Assembly: GCA_050292865.1 (NCBI GenBank)
Contig: JBNKMC010000001.1
Coordinates: 1-42,523 of the forward strand
DNA from: Minisyncoccia bacterium
GTDB lineage: Bacteria; Patescibacteriota; Minisyncoccia; Phycocordibacterales; UBA918
DNA: 42,523 bases
Direction of reading: 5' to 3'
Part shown: piece by piece, positions 42,503 to 42,523 of the stretch
Layout of the letters: every line of letters begins with the position of its first letter
Position numbering within the stretch: the stretch's first letter is position 1
Translations under genes and position numbers: made by a program
Notes under the pieces: generated by a model
Database searches by the model: none
What the model was told of the DNA's origin: nothing
What the model saw: only the letters and a program-made list of their open reading frames with translations

Positions 42503-42523
42503 TGAGCCAAAGGCTCGTCACTT

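Overview
This is a compact, almost entirely plus-strand, housekeeping-dense bacterial segment. Hand counts on sample lines of ordinary genes give roughly 40-45% GC. Gene order: mnmA; a small nuclease/repair-like operon (ATP-cone nuclease, Cas4-like PD-(D/E)XK nuclease, MGMT domain, coiled-coil protein, HD hydrolase); pepF; a GC-rich orphan gene; alaS; an FtsA-like gene plus a membrane protein; infA-rpmJ-rpsM-rpsK-rpsD-rpoA-rplQ-rplM-rpsI; grpE-dnaK-dnaJ; an accessory block (yigZ, RAYT/IS200-like transposase with flanking hairpins, two membrane proteins, an AGAT-like amidinotransferase, an orphan histidine kinase); trpS; a T-box leader plus aspS; an M29 aminopeptidase; scpA and scpB split by an insert; a cell-wall block (dac-like, mraY, ftsW, murG); gltX; an M23 peptidase; about 1.1 kb with no ORF of 60 aa or more; and a Xer-like tyrosine recombinase. 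Several traits suggest a reduced-genome Patescibacteria/CPR-like organism, which is an inference: short proteins, a 634-aa AlaRS that ends after the editing domain, a short AspRS, native genes without Shine-Dalgarno motifs, and long perfect triloop hairpins after genes. I found no tRNA, rRNA, CRISPR array or recognisable defence system. The most unusual items are these. (1) A promoter-to-terminator, minus-strand, highly structured GC-rich unit of about 440 nt sits between scpA and scpB; it may carry a 29-aa sORF. (2) A single-gene GC-rich island with its own SD and terminator lies between pepF and alaS. (3) The three ORFs with a strong canonical SD that I found are all GC-enriched outliers, while the native genes I checked lack SD. 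(4) A 0.5-kb cassette is flanked by a duplicated rpsI 3' end and terminator. (5) A RAYT gene is bracketed by inverted identical hairpins. (6) An Asp-specific T-box precedes aspS. (7) dnaJ appears to start at CTG. All functional calls come from motif recognition by eye, with no database search.
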